A DNA stretch of 29,994 nt from an uncultured Ruminococcus sp. (GTDB taxonomy: Bacteria; Bacillota; Clostridia; Oscillospirales; CAG-272): the NCBI GenBank assembly GCA_902773455.1, contig CACYEW010000214.1, forward strand, positions 1 through 29,994, in the 5' to 3' direction. The position numbers were made by a program, and so were the translations under genes. The notes beneath the pieces are model-generated. The model saw only the letters and a list, made by a program, of their open reading frames with translations. It was not told the origin of the DNA and ran no database searches. This document shows positions 8,684-17,788 of the stretch, in pieces. Every line of letters starts with the position of its first letter. Positions within the stretch are counted from its first letter, which is position 1.

Positions 8684-9811
8684 ATGAAAAAAGCGCTTTG
8701 CGTCACGATACTTATTTGCGCCGTCCTGCTTTCCGCCTGCGGCGCGCAGACGGACGCGGCAACAACTGCGCAGGCCGATCCGGCAACGACGGCGCAGACC
8801 GAAACCGAAGCGCCGACCGATAAAGCGACCGAAACGGAGGCGGTAACGGAACTTCCGCCCGAAGAGACGGAGCCTACCGATATAGGCATCTGGTACAGCA
8901 CGTGGTACGCCTACACCGAACCCGGATCGGATAACAACAGATACGATACGTGGCACGCCTGGAACATAGATTTCACGCCGCTGTTGCCCGACGGCACGTT
9001 CGGTTATTACGATTCCACCGACGAAAACGTCATACGGTTCCACCTTGAAAAAATGTCGGAAGCGCAGATCGATTTCATCATAATGGATCAGACGAACAAT
9101 ATCGACGTCGACGGCGGCTATATAAACGAGCGTTCGCTCGCGGTGGCAAGATACATCAAAACGTATAACGATTCCGGCGCGCGCCCCGTGCGCTACTGCT
9201 CGGCGATAGGCGGCATCCAGTGGTCGCAGGACGCGAAAACGATTGAAGACGAAGCCGAAAAACTCTGGACGCGCTGCTGCGAGCAGGATTTCGGCGGTGA
9301 TAAATATCATTATTATCTCGACGGCAAACCGCTCCTTATCGTCTACGGCGACGGCGCGGAGCAGAAGTGGGAACAGTACGAAGGCGATAAAACGTACGGC
9401 GATAAATTTACGATAAGATGGGCTGACAATAAAAACACTCCGGGTTATTTCGGCTGGGCTTACAATAAACCCGTATGGAACGGCGAAGTCACCGTCGTGA
9501 TGCCCGGCTGGCACAACCGCGCCGGCCATACGCCGGTCAACCGCAAATACGGCGAGACGTACAAAAAGTTCTGGCAGAAAGTGCTCGACGCCGAATACCG
9601 CCCGCGGATCATTATCATCAATTCGTTCAACGAATATGCGGAGCGCACGGCGGTATTCCCCGCGCAGTCGTCCGACAAAACCGAGACCGGCGACAGATGG
9701 TATAAAGACAGAAGCAAGACCGAAGACCCTTATATGTACTGGGAAATGACGGTCGCGTATATAAAACAGTTCAAAGAAATGAGAAAACCGTTATACGGAG
9801 AACAGGAATAA
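8684..9811 (+). CDS. Lipoprotein with a glycoside hydrolase family 99/71-like TIM barrel
   Basis: Signal peptide II (MKK...LLSA-C19) and T/A/E/P-rich linker, then GYYDSTDENVIRFHLEKM..AQIDFII, YYLDGKPLL, VMPGW and NSFNEYAE (compare GH99 SFNEWHE, two Glu). Confidence 0.72.
   Translation: MKKALCVTILICAVLLSACGAQTDAATTAQADPATTAQTETEAPTDKATETEAVTELPPEETEPTDIGIWYSTWYAYTEPGSDNNRYDTWHAWNIDFTPLLPDGTFGYYDSTDENVIRFHLEKMSEAQIDFIIMDQTNNIDVDGGYINERSLAVARYIKTYNDSGARPVRYCSAIGGIQWSQDAKTIEDEAEKLWTRCCEQDFGGDKYHYYLDGKPLLIVYGDGAEQKWEQYEGDKTYGDKFTIRWADNKNTPGYFGWAYNKPVWNGEVTVVMPGWHNRAGHTPVNRKYGETYKKFWQKVLDAEYRPRIIIINSFNEYAERTAVFPAQSSDKTETGDRWYKDRSKTEDPYMYWEMTVAYIKQFKEMRKPLYGEQE
8744..8812 (+). repeat. Imperfect 24-bp coding tandem repeat (about 2.9 units) in the lipoprotein linker
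   Basis: gcgcagacggacgcggcaacaact / gcgcaggccgatccggcaacgacg / gcgcagaccgaaaccgaagcg = AQTDAATT / AQADPATT / AQTETEA. Confidence 0.75.
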
Positions 9812-9814
9812 ACG

Positions 9815-10315
9815 TTGAAGAAAAAATATATTGAACAGGGCTTTGTCCGCATGACTCACGGCGTTCGCGGAGAGGTAAAACTCGAATTGTGGTGCGGGGA
9901 TCAGAGTTCGTTTTATAAGATCAAAAAGCTTTATCTCGACGAAAACGGGGAAAAATATCTTACGGTCGCCTCGTCTCACGGCTCGAAAAACACCGCCGTC
10001 GTCAAATTCGAAGGCGTTGACTCGGTCGAAGCCGCCGCGGCGCTGAAGGGCAAAACGGTATACGTCGACCGGGAGGATCTGCATCTGCCGAAAAACAAAA
10101 TACTGATCTGCGATCTGATCGGTCTGCCCGTGCTCGACGCGGAAACCGGTAAAGTCTACGGCACGCTTGAGGATATTCAGGAATATCCCGCCTCGGATAT
10201 CTATTTCGTAAAGACCGATAAAGGCGTCGTCCAGGTGCCGGACGTACCGCAGTTCATAAAAAAGCTGACCGAGGAAGCCGTTTACATAACGCCCGTCGGG
10301 GGAATGTTCGAATGA
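9815..10315 (+). CDS. rimM: Ribosome maturation factor RimM
   Basis: THGVRGEVK, VVKFEGVDSVEAAAALKGKTVYV, DLIGLPV and ASDIYFV; TTG start; directly precedes trmD. Confidence 0.94.
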   Translation: MKKKYIEQGFVRMTHGVRGEVKLELWCGDQSSFYKIKKLYLDENGEKYLTVASSHGSKNTAVVKFEGVDSVEAAAALKGKTVYVDREDLHLPKNKILICDLIGLPVLDAETGKVYGTLEDIQEYPASDIYFVKTDKGVVQVPDVPQFIKKLTEEAVYITPVGGMFE

Positions 10316-11019
10316 ATTTTCACATTATGACGCTTTTCCCGGAGCTTGTCGACACGGTGCTTTCCGAGAGTATAATCGGCAGAGCGCGGCAGTCCGGCGC
10401 GATAAGCGTGAACGTTTACAATATCAGAGATCACGCCAACAACAAGCACAATAAAGTCGACGATACGCCTTACGGCGGAGGTATGGGCATGCTGATGGCG
10501 GCTCCGCCCGTGTGCGCCTGCCACGACGCGATATGCGGAAAGATACCGGAGACGTCGAAAAAGCGCACCGTGTATATGGATCCGAAAGGCAAAGTGCTCG
10601 ACCACGAAACGGCGCTCCGGCTTTCGGAATACGACGATCTGATAATCCTCTGCGGTCACTACGAAGGTATTGACGAGAGGGCTCTCGAGCTCACGGTCGA
10701 CGAGAGGATATCGATAGGCGATTACGTGCTCACCGGGGGCGAGCTCCCGGCGTGCATTCTTACCGACTGCGTTGCAAGGCTCATACCGGGCGTACTCGCC
10801 GACGAAAGCTGTTATCTCGACGAAAGCATAGCTTCCGGTCTGCTCGAATATCCGCAGTATACGAGACCTTACGAATACAGAGGTCTCAAAGTACCCGATA
10901 TACTTCTGTCGGGGCATCACGAAAACATAGCGAAATGGCGCAGAGAAAAGGCGGTCGAGCAGACTGAAAAGTACCGCCCCGATCTGCTCGAAAAACTGAA
11001 AGAAGATAAAAAACCGTAA
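10312..11019 (+). CDS. trmD: tRNA (guanine37-N1)-methyltransferase
   Basis: TLFPE, VDDTPYGGG, LCGHYEGIDER, SIGDYVLTGGE, LLEYPQYTRP and LLSGHH. Confidence 0.97.
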   Translation: MNFHIMTLFPELVDTVLSESIIGRARQSGAISVNVYNIRDHANNKHNKVDDTPYGGGMGMLMAAPPVCACHDAICGKIPETSKKRTVYMDPKGKVLDHETALRLSEYDDLIILCGHYEGIDERALELTVDERISIGDYVLTGGELPACILTDCVARLIPGVLADESCYLDESIASGLLEYPQYTRPYEYRGLKVPDILLSGHHENIAKWRREKAVEQTEKYRPDLLEKLKEDKKP

Positions 11020-11032
11020 AGGAGGTGGACCC

Positions 11033-12847
11033 GTGGCGGAAAGCAAAGAGAAGCGCAGAAGCTTCTTTTCACGCGTTTTCGGCAATTACGGCGCAGCTGA
11101 CGCCGCTCTCGGCAAAAGCGGAGCCGCGTCGCTGTGCGAAAAGCTGAACGCGAAAAACGGCGTTTTATCGCGTGTAAGAGATTTTATATGCCGCGTCTTT
11201 ACCGAGAGTAAAATAAAGAACGGCGTACACGCGTTTTTATACAAGCTCCTTTATATAAGGACCCGCGACGTCGGCATATTTCTGATCAGCGCCGGCATAT
11301 ACGCGGCGCTTGAATACGTCGTTATGAGATTCGCCTTTCAGCGCGATATCGGTATGGGAGTCGTCTATTCCGCCGCCGTGCTCACGCTTTTGTCGCTGTT
11401 CTTCTTTTCCGGCAGATCTCTTGCCGATACGCTCAATAAAAGCAGGATACTCTCGTTTGCCGTGTTCGATCTTATCGGAGCCGACAAGAGCAAAATAACG
11501 CCCGGACCTGTCAGGATCGGCAATTCGAGCATAGCCCTGCTTCTCGGTATGACGACCGGACTTCTGGCTTTCATTCTCGATCCCGCCGCGGTGCCGATCG
11601 CGATCGTATCGGTGATACTTCTGACAGTGATCCTCTATCAGCCTGAATCCGGAGCGGTGTTTATCGCGGCGGTGCTTCCTTTCGCCCCGGAAAGAATGAC
11701 GCTCGCGCTGTGCGGCTTTACGTTCGCTTCCTATATGCTGAAAACCGTGAGAAGAAAAAGAATACTCCGCTTTTCGCTCGTGGACGTCTCGGTAATGGTT
11801 CTCGGCGCCGCAACGCTCCTCGGAAGGATCGCTTCGCCCGGCGGCGCGTCGTCAGACGGTTCGCTTTACGCCGTATGTATATCCGCGTATTTCATATGCA
11901 GGAATCTTTTATGCAAAAAGGAATGGCTGAACAGAGCTTTTTCGGCGGCGGCGCTTTCCTGCGCGGTCGTTTCGAGCTTCGGACTTTTCTTCCACCTGTT
12001 CGGATCGCCGGCCCGTCTGTTCGGCTCAAAAAGTCTTTTCGCTGATCTTGCTCAGCCTATGCGGATGTTTTTCGGATCGGCTTCTTCGCTTGCTTCTTAT
12101 CTTCTCATCGCGTCGCCGTTTCTGCTTTATCTTACGCTTTCGGGCGGAAGAAAACGGATCGCGTATTTTACGGCTTACGCGTTTTCTCTCGTTTCGCTCG
12201 TGTTCACTCACGAGGTCTTCGCGGTAACCGCCGCGCTTGCGGCGAATTTCATCGTTCTTATAATGTATAATAAAAAAGCCGCCGCGATAGCGGTGCCGTC
12301 GGTCACGGCGGCGGTCGCCGCGGCGATACTGATACCGCCCTCCGTTTTCGGAACGGTCGCCGACGCGGTGTATTCGAAAAGCGTGTACGATCAGTCCGTT
12401 TGGAGCGGCGTATGGGGCGTAATCAGAAACGAATGGTTCGCCGGCGCCGGCGTAGGTTCGTTCCGTTACGTATATCCGGTCTACGCAAAAGAAGGCTTCG
12501 GTGACGCGGCGAACGCCGGGAGTATGTACCTTCAGATAACCGCGGAGGGCGGACTCATTCTGCTCCTGCTGTTTCTTCTGGCGGCCGTGATCTTCATAAG
12601 CTACTGCGTATCGAATCTTTCGGTAAACGCGGACAAAGATCTTCGCTGCGTTATATACGCTTCGCTCACGGCGGTGTTTTCGATCATGTTTTTCGGGCTT
12701 ACCGACAGTATACTGACGGACAACCGTATCTGCACGTTTCTGTTTTTCTTGATCGGACTCGGAGCCGCCGCGGCGGAGATAGTATCGGAGCGGGCGGAAT
12801 ATGAAAAAATAACGATGACGTACGCGGAGGCTTTCAATGAAAGATAA
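11033..12847 (+). CDS. O-antigen ligase / Wzy_C-like polytopic membrane protein (conserved residues appear degenerate)
   Basis: Many TM segments. C-terminal loop W..VW.VIRNEWFAGAGVGSF...MYLQITAEGGLI matches the Wzy_C pattern. GTG start with GGAGGT RBS. Confidence 0.7.
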   Translation: MAESKEKRRSFFSRVFGNYGAADAALGKSGAASLCEKLNAKNGVLSRVRDFICRVFTESKIKNGVHAFLYKLLYIRTRDVGIFLISAGIYAALEYVVMRFAFQRDIGMGVVYSAAVLTLLSLFFFSGRSLADTLNKSRILSFAVFDLIGADKSKITPGPVRIGNSSIALLLGMTTGLLAFILDPAAVPIAIVSVILLTVILYQPESGAVFIAAVLPFAPERMTLALCGFTFASYMLKTVRRKRILRFSLVDVSVMVLGAATLLGRIASPGGASSDGSLYAVCISAYFICRNLLCKKEWLNRAFSAAALSCAVVSSFGLFFHLFGSPARLFGSKSLFADLAQPMRMFFGSASSLASYLLIASPFLLYLTLSGGRKRIAYFTAYAFSLVSLVFTHEVFAVTAALAANFIVLIMYNKKAAAIAVPSVTAAVAAAILIPPSVFGTVADAVYSKSVYDQSVWSGVWGVIRNEWFAGAGVGSFRYVYPVYAKEGFGDAANAGSMYLQITAEGGLILLLLFLLAAVIFISYCVSNLSVNADKDLRCVIYASLTAVFSIMFFGLTDSILTDNRICTFLFFLIGLGAAAAEIVSERAEYEKITMTYAEAFNER

Positions 12848-13223
12848 AAAACGCGGAGCGTTTACGGCGTCAGATATCGCCGTAGCGGTTATAATCGCTG
12901 CCGCAGCGCTGTTTTCGCTCATTCCCGGCGCTTTTGTCGGCAGGACCGAACGCATAGTCTACGAGATCGCAGTCGACGGCCCCGGTCTGGTGACGGCGGG
13001 ACCCGGCGACCGGGTCATCAGTTTAGGCGGCGGCATACTCGGAACGGTGACGGAGGTATCCGACGGCCGTATTACGGTGGAAACCGACGCGGCGTCCGTA
13101 TCCGGCGTATATTATTCCGACGGCGTCGCGGTAAAAAGCGGTGCAAAATACGATTTCGCCATTAACGCATATCATATGAAAGGAACGGTCGAGGGTCCGG
13201 TAACGGTGAAAAATGAAGAATAG
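12837..13223 (+). CDS. DUF4330-like membrane-anchored protein
   Basis: Basic N-terminus, FTASDIAVAVIIAAAAL single TM, then a beta-rich domain (GDRV...ILGTVTEV; VKSGAKYDF). Overlaps both neighbours. Confidence 0.55.
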   Translation: MKDKKRGAFTASDIAVAVIIAAAALFSLIPGAFVGRTERIVYEIAVDGPGLVTAGPGDRVISLGGGILGTVTEVSDGRITVETDAASVSGVYYSDGVAVKSGAKYDFAINAYHMKGTVEGPVTVKNEE

Positions 13224-13638
13224 ACGTTTCAACGCTTTCGACGCGATTATGATATGCGTCGCGGTAATATGTCTGCTCGGGATAATCATGCGTTTGACCC
13301 ACTTTAACAGCGGCAGATATCTCGGCGAAGAAGAGTATAAGATCACATTCACCGCGTCCGGTCTTACCGAAAACGAGGTGCGCGGAATAAAAGTCGGCGC
13401 CGCGCTGAAAACGGATAAAGACGCTTATTTCGGCACGCTTGCCGAAGGATACTGGACCGAACCGGAAAACGGCGCCGATACTTTCGCTCTCACCGCGTCC
13501 GCCGTCTGCAGAGGAACTCTGACGGAGACGGGGATACTTACGGGTGGATATCTGTACCTGAAAGGCGATACGGCAGTCGTTGAAAGCGGGGATCTCAAGC
13601 TCACCGTGACGATCGTCGGTTATGAAAAGACAGAGTAA
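13213..13638 (+). CDS. DUF4330-like membrane-anchored protein (probable paralog of the upstream gene)
   Basis: MKNRRFNAFDAIMICVAVICLLG single TM, then IKVGAAL...YFGTL; same layout as 12837-13223. Confidence 0.6.
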   Translation: MKNRRFNAFDAIMICVAVICLLGIIMRLTHFNSGRYLGEEEYKITFTASGLTENEVRGIKVGAALKTDKDAYFGTLAEGYWTEPENGADTFALTASAVCRGTLTETGILTGGYLYLKGDTAVVESGDLKLTVTIVGYEKTE

Positions 13639-13697
13639 CGATATAAAATATACATTAAAAATTCTCGATTTCAACAAAGATTTATGCAAAATCACCG

Positions 13698-13726
13698 TTG
13701 ATTTTATCGAAAAAATTTGATATAAT
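13698..13726 (+). promoter_or_regulatory. sigmaA promoter for ptsH
   Basis: TTGATT (13698-13703), 17 bp, TATAAT (13721-13726) with an extended TGa. Confidence 0.75.
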
Positions 13727-13777
13727 ACCCTAAAAGATCATTATATTTCGATCACTATGGTAATCAGGAGTAAAGAT

Positions 13778-14041
13778 ATGATAACACGTAACGTAACCGT
13801 AAGAATACCGATAGGTCTTCACGCACGTCCCGCCACGTTTTTCATTCAGAAGGCTAATTCGTACAAGAGCTCGATCTGGGTAGAAAAAGACGAACGCCGC
13901 GTCAACGCAAAAAGCCTTCTCGGCGTGCTCTCGCTGAACATCACGCAGGACACGCAGATAACTCTCATAGCGGACGGCGAAGACGAGATAGAAGCTCTCA
14001 ACGGACTCGAAGAACTGAGCGAATCCGGACTTGCCGAATAA
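13778..14041 (+). CDS. ptsH: Phosphocarrier protein HPr
   Basis: GLHARPA (His15) and VNAKSLLGVLSL (Ser46). Start reassigned to ATG 13778 (AGGAG RBS at 13766-13770). Confidence 0.93.
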   Translation: MITRNVTVRIPIGLHARPATFFIQKANSYKSSIWVEKDERRVNAKSLLGVLSLNITQDTQITLIADGEDEIEALNGLEELSESGLAE

Positions 14042-14053
14042 TTCAGAACATAC

Positions 14054-14104
14054 AGCGGAAAAGCATACCTGCCGGCAGCGACAGGTCTTCTTATCCGCTT
14101 TTTT
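14054..14104 (+). terminator. Intrinsic terminator-like hairpin between ptsH and uvrC
   Basis: AGCGGA...ACCTG-loop-CAGGT...TCCGCT interrupted stem followed by a T-run ending at 14104. Confidence 0.5.
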
Positions 14105-14110
14105 ATTGAA

Positions 14111-15940
14111 ATGAGCGAAAGAAACGAGTTTTTAAGAAAGAAAGCGATGCGCCTGCCGCTTTGCCCCGGAGTCTATATAATGAAGGACAGGGACGGAGAG
14201 GTGATTTACGTAGGTAAATCGGCGGTTTTGAAAAACCGCGTGTCGCAGTATTTCGGCGGCGGAGCGAAAAACGCGAAGACGCGGAGGATGGTATCGAACG
14301 TATACGATTTCGACTATATCCTCTGCGATACGGAAATGGAAGCTCTCGCGCTCGAAAACAGCAAGATCAAGCAGTTTTCGCCGAAATACAACATCAAACT
14401 GAAAGACGACAAGAGCTATCCGTATATAAAGATCACGCGCGAGGAATACCCGCGTCTCGTTCTTACGAGGAAAAGAGAGACGGACGGAGGCTCGTATTTC
14501 GGACCGTATTCGAACGCCGCAACAGTAAGAACGATAATAAGAACGGTATCGAAAACGGTCGGTCTGCCCGTATGCAAGAAAGTTTTTCCGCGCGATATCG
14601 GCAAAGAAAGACCCTGCATTTACGCGCAGATAGGCAGATGCGCGGCGCCCTGCACGGGAGCCGTGAGCAGGGAAGCGTACGCCGAGCTCGTAAAAAGCGC
14701 CTCCGTCATACTCAAAGGCGATATTTCCGAAGAAAAAAAGCGCCTCACGGAGCTTATGGAAAGCGCCTCGGAGGAGTTGAATTTCGAACTTGCCGCGAAA
14801 TACAGAGACCGGATAAACGCTCTCGCCGCTTTATACGGCAAACAGAAGGTCGTTTCGTCGCCCGATACGAACGTCGACGCCGTCGGTATCTACTCCGACG
14901 ATTTCATAACTGTGTTTTCGTTCTTTTTCATACGTTCGGGTATGATCTTCGATACGGACAGCTATGAATTCACGGGCGGTCATATCGGCGGAGACGAGAT
15001 AACGTCGTTTCTTTCGTCGTTTTACGAAAACAGATTTCCGCCGAAGCAGATACTCGTTTCCGATCTTCTGCCGGACGGCGAAGCGGAGCTTCTTACCGCG
15101 CATCTTTCCGAGGTCTACGGCAAACGGATAGAGGTGAAAAACGTAAAGCGCGGCAAAAACAGAGCGCTTTGCGAAATGGCCGCCGAGAACGCCGCGTATA
15201 AAGCGAAGCTTGCGAAAGAAACGGATGAAAAATCGACAAAGATCCTTGCGGAGCTTTCGATCGCGCTCGGACTTGAAGTCGTACCCGAGAGGATCGAGGC
15301 TTACGATATATCGAATTTCGGCGACGAGAACATCACCGCCGGCATGATCGTTTTGAACGGTACGTCGTTTTCGAAGCAGGATTACAGGATATTCAATATA
15401 AAAGAGTCCGAACACGAGGACGATTACGCTTCGATGCGCGAGGTGATAACGAGGCGTATAAAGAACACGACGGAGAAAAAGTCGAAGGCGTACCCGGTGC
15501 TGCCGGATCTGATACTGCTCGACGGCGGTAAAACTCACGTTTCGGCGGTGCGCGGCGTGCTCGATGAACTCGGCGTCGACGTACCGGTCTTCGGCATGGT
15601 GAAGGACGATAAGCACAAAACGAGAGCGCTCTGCGACGACGAGAACGAGGTCGATATAATAAACGACAAAACGCTTTTTACGTTCATCTACCGCATACAG
15701 GAGGAGGTCCACAGATTTGCGATCTCGCGTATGAGCGGCGCGAAACGTAAAACGCTTCGCACGTCGTCGCTCGAAAAGATAAAGGGCGTAGGTCCTGCAA
15801 AGGCAAAGATACTTCTGTCTTCCTTCGGTTCGCTTGCGGCGGTAAAGAAGGCGACTGTCGAAGAGCTTGCGGCGATAAAGGGCATAGACTCCGCCGCGGC
15901 GGCAAACGTATACGAATATTTTAACGGAGAAAAGAAATGA
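14111..15940 (+). CDS. uvrC: Excinuclease ABC subunit C
   Basis: GIY-YIG (PGVYIMKD...IYVGKS), Cys cluster (C..RPCIYAQIGRCAAPC), UVR motif, RNase H-like EAYDISN / LILLDGG, and C-terminal HhH motifs. Confidence 0.97.
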   Translation: MSERNEFLRKKAMRLPLCPGVYIMKDRDGEVIYVGKSAVLKNRVSQYFGGGAKNAKTRRMVSNVYDFDYILCDTEMEALALENSKIKQFSPKYNIKLKDDKSYPYIKITREEYPRLVLTRKRETDGGSYFGPYSNAATVRTIIRTVSKTVGLPVCKKVFPRDIGKERPCIYAQIGRCAAPCTGAVSREAYAELVKSASVILKGDISEEKKRLTELMESASEELNFELAAKYRDRINALAALYGKQKVVSSPDTNVDAVGIYSDDFITVFSFFFIRSGMIFDTDSYEFTGGHIGGDEITSFLSSFYENRFPPKQILVSDLLPDGEAELLTAHLSEVYGKRIEVKNVKRGKNRALCEMAAENAAYKAKLAKETDEKSTKILAELSIALGLEVVPERIEAYDISNFGDENITAGMIVLNGTSFSKQDYRIFNIKESEHEDDYASMREVITRRIKNTTEKKSKAYPVLPDLILLDGGKTHVSAVRGVLDELGVDVPVFGMVKDDKHKTRALCDDENEVDIINDKTLFTFIYRIQEEVHRFAISRMSGAKRKTLRTSSLEKIKGVGPAKAKILLSSFGSLAAVKKATVEELAAIKGIDSAAAANVYEYFNGEKK

Positions 15941-16509
15941 ATATCATAACAGGTTCGGCAAGAGGCACTAAGCTTCTGACCCTCGAAGGCGACGCGACGC
16001 GTCCCACGCTTCAGAGAGCGAAAGAGGTCATATTCTCGGCCATACAGTTCGATATAGAGGGCAGACGCGTGCTCGATCTGTTTGCCGGCAGCGGTCAGCT
16101 CGGGCTCGAAGCCCTTTCACGCGGCGCCGAAAAAGCCGTGTTCATCGACAAAAGCAAAGAAGCGTTCGACGTGATATACGATAACGCCAACAAAACGCAT
16201 CTTTACAAAAAGAGCGTGATACTTACGATGGACTTCGCCGAATATCTGCGCTCGGCCAAAAAATCGGGCGAAAAATTCGATATCGTTTTTCTCGATCCGC
16301 CTTACGGATCGGGACTTCTGCCCGAGGCTCTTTCAAAACTGCGTATATATGACGTGCTTTCCGAAAACGCGCTCGTCATCGCCGAGTGGGAAAAGGATAC
16401 GCTTTTGCAGGAGCACGGCGAGCTTAACGGCGATTACGAATTATTGAAGCTCTATAAATCCGGCAGGATATACTTTTATAAATTACAACCGAAGGAGAAA
16501 ACGTTATGA
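15937..16509 (+). CDS. rsmD: 16S rRNA (guanine966-N2)-methyltransferase
   Basis: MNIITGSARG, TRPT, VLDLFAGSGQLGLEALSRGA and FLDPPY; upstream of coaD. Confidence 0.93.
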   Translation: MNIITGSARGTKLLTLEGDATRPTLQRAKEVIFSAIQFDIEGRRVLDLFAGSGQLGLEALSRGAEKAVFIDKSKEAFDVIYDNANKTHLYKKSVILTMDFAEYLRSAKKSGEKFDIVFLDPPYGSGLLPEALSKLRIYDVLSENALVIAEWEKDTLLQEHGELNGDYELLKLYKSGRIYFYKLQPKEKTL

Positions 16510-16967
16510 CGCGCGCGCTTATTCCCGGCAGCTTCGACCCGGTGACGGTCGGTCACGAGGATCTTATATCGAGAGCCGCATCGATGTTCGACGAGGTCAT
16601 CGTCTGCGCTTTTGAAAATTCAAACAAGAATTATATGTTCTCCGAAGAAGAGAGGTACGCTTTTTTGAAAGCCGTCGCCGATAACTACGAAAACGTCACG
16701 GCGGATATCTCGCATAAGCTCGTCGCAGAGTATGCGAAAGAGCACGGATGCATCGCCATCGTAAAGGGCAGCCGCTCCGCGTCGGATTTTGACGACGAAT
16801 ATTCCCAGGCGCTCATCAACCGCGAGCTTGCGCCGGAGGTCGAAACGGTCATACTGCCCGCAAGCCCGGAAGTAGCGTTCATCAGCTCGACCATGGTCAG
16901 AGAACTGATAAGGTACGGCGTCGACTTCTCGCAGTACGTGCCGAAAGCTATAAGAGATATCATTTAG
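16506..16967 (+). CDS. coaD: Phosphopantetheine adenylyltransferase
   Basis: PGSFDPVTVGH, IVKG.R..SDF..EY and ISSTMVREL. Confidence 0.95.
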   Translation: MTRALIPGSFDPVTVGHEDLISRAASMFDEVIVCAFENSNKNYMFSEEERYAFLKAVADNYENVTADISHKLVAEYAKEHGCIAIVKGSRSASDFDDEYSQALINRELAPEVETVILPASPEVAFISSTMVRELIRYGVDFSQYVPKAIRDII

Positions 16968-16987
16968 TAAGATATCCGAACCGGAAG

Positions 16988-17020
16988 AAAAAATGCCGCC
17001 GCACTGCGACAGCATTTTTT
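16988..17020. terminator. Bidirectional intrinsic terminator between the convergent coaD and lipoprotein genes
   Basis: A6-TGCCGCCGC-ACT-GCGACAGCA-T6. The stem is fully paired on the minus-strand transcript with two G-U pairs. Confidence 0.75.
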
Positions 17021-17032
17021 GTTTTTACTCGA

Positions 17033-17725
17033 TTATTCGGAAAGATCGCTCGTGATCGCTTTGTATACCTCGATTGCGGAGCAGGTCGGATTATCCAGGA
17101 TCTGCTTCTTCGCGCGGAGCATGCTGGTCTCGGAATCGTTCGTCAGAGTGAATATTACGAAATTGCCGACGGCTTCGATCTTGCCCGTGTCGATTATCTT
17201 CGCGTTGGAGCCCTGCTCGTCGTCGTAGAGCTTCCAGTCGGAGGATTTGAGCTTTTCATAACGCTTTTCGGCAAGCGCAACGACCTGCTCGGCGTTTGCT
17301 TTATCCGTGACCTTGAAAACGTCTATTTCCATAACGGCTTTGCCCTGCGGAATGCGGAGAACGTAGCCTTCGAGCATGGAAAACTGATCGGGAATGATGA
17401 ATTCAAAATTCGAATCGAGTTCTTTTTTATCCATGAACCAGTCGGCGAGATTGACCTTGGAAGCTTCCTTATAGCCTGCCGATGCGGCGCCGTCTTTGTC
17501 GGCGTAAACGTCGGCGGGAACGTAGGTAAGCTTGACGTCCGGTACGACTATGTCCGCGGGCTTTTCCGTCGCGGCTTCCGTTTCCTTTATTTCTTCAGTC
17601 GCCGTTTTGGTATCGGCGGCCTTTTCCGTCGTTTTCGAAGTATCGGCGGGCTTGGCGGCGTCGGTGCACGAAACGACGGCGAAGATCATGACTGCGATAA
17701 GTAACAACGTGATTATTTTTTTCAT
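17033..17725 (-). CDS. DUF4358-like lipoprotein
   Basis: Start reassigned to ATG 17725 (AGAGG RBS). Signal peptide II (AVVS-C20), KPADT/KAADT linker, and C-terminal EIDVFKV.D...AEQV....EKR...GNFVIFTLTND resembling DUF4358. Confidence 0.72.
   Translation of the reverse strand: MKKIITLLLIAVMIFAVVSCTDAAKPADTSKTTEKAADTKTATEEIKETEAATEKPADIVVPDVKLTYVPADVYADKDGAASAGYKEASKVNLADWFMDKKELDSNFEFIIPDQFSMLEGYVLRIPQGKAVMEIDVFKVTDKANAEQVVALAEKRYEKLKSSDWKLYDDEQGSNAKIIDTGKIEAVGNFVIFTLTNDSETSMLRAKKQILDNPTCSAIEVYKAITSDLSE
17594..17653 (-). repeat. Imperfect 30-bp coding tandem duplication in the lipoprotein linker
   Basis: Two units encoding KPADTSKTTE and KAADTKTATE; a third partial unit (TEKPADI) lies at 17549-17570. 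Confidence 0.7.
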
Positions 17726-17760
17726 AATTTCCTCTTGTTTTTTTTGATTTTGTCGGTCAC

Positions 17761-17788
17761 ATTTTAACACAAACAAAACCAAAGTCAA
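17761..17788 (-). promoter_or_regulatory. sigmaA promoter for the DUF4358-like lipoprotein
   Basis: TTGACT (17788-17783), 16 bp, TAAAAT (17766-17761) with an extended TGt. Confidence 0.6.

Noticed and set aside
8744-8812. Linker repeats here and at 17594-17653 as CRISPR or phase-variation repeats
   Set aside because: They are in-frame 24- and 30-bp imperfect coding duplications with no spacers and no cas genes, and unit gain or loss would not shift the frame.
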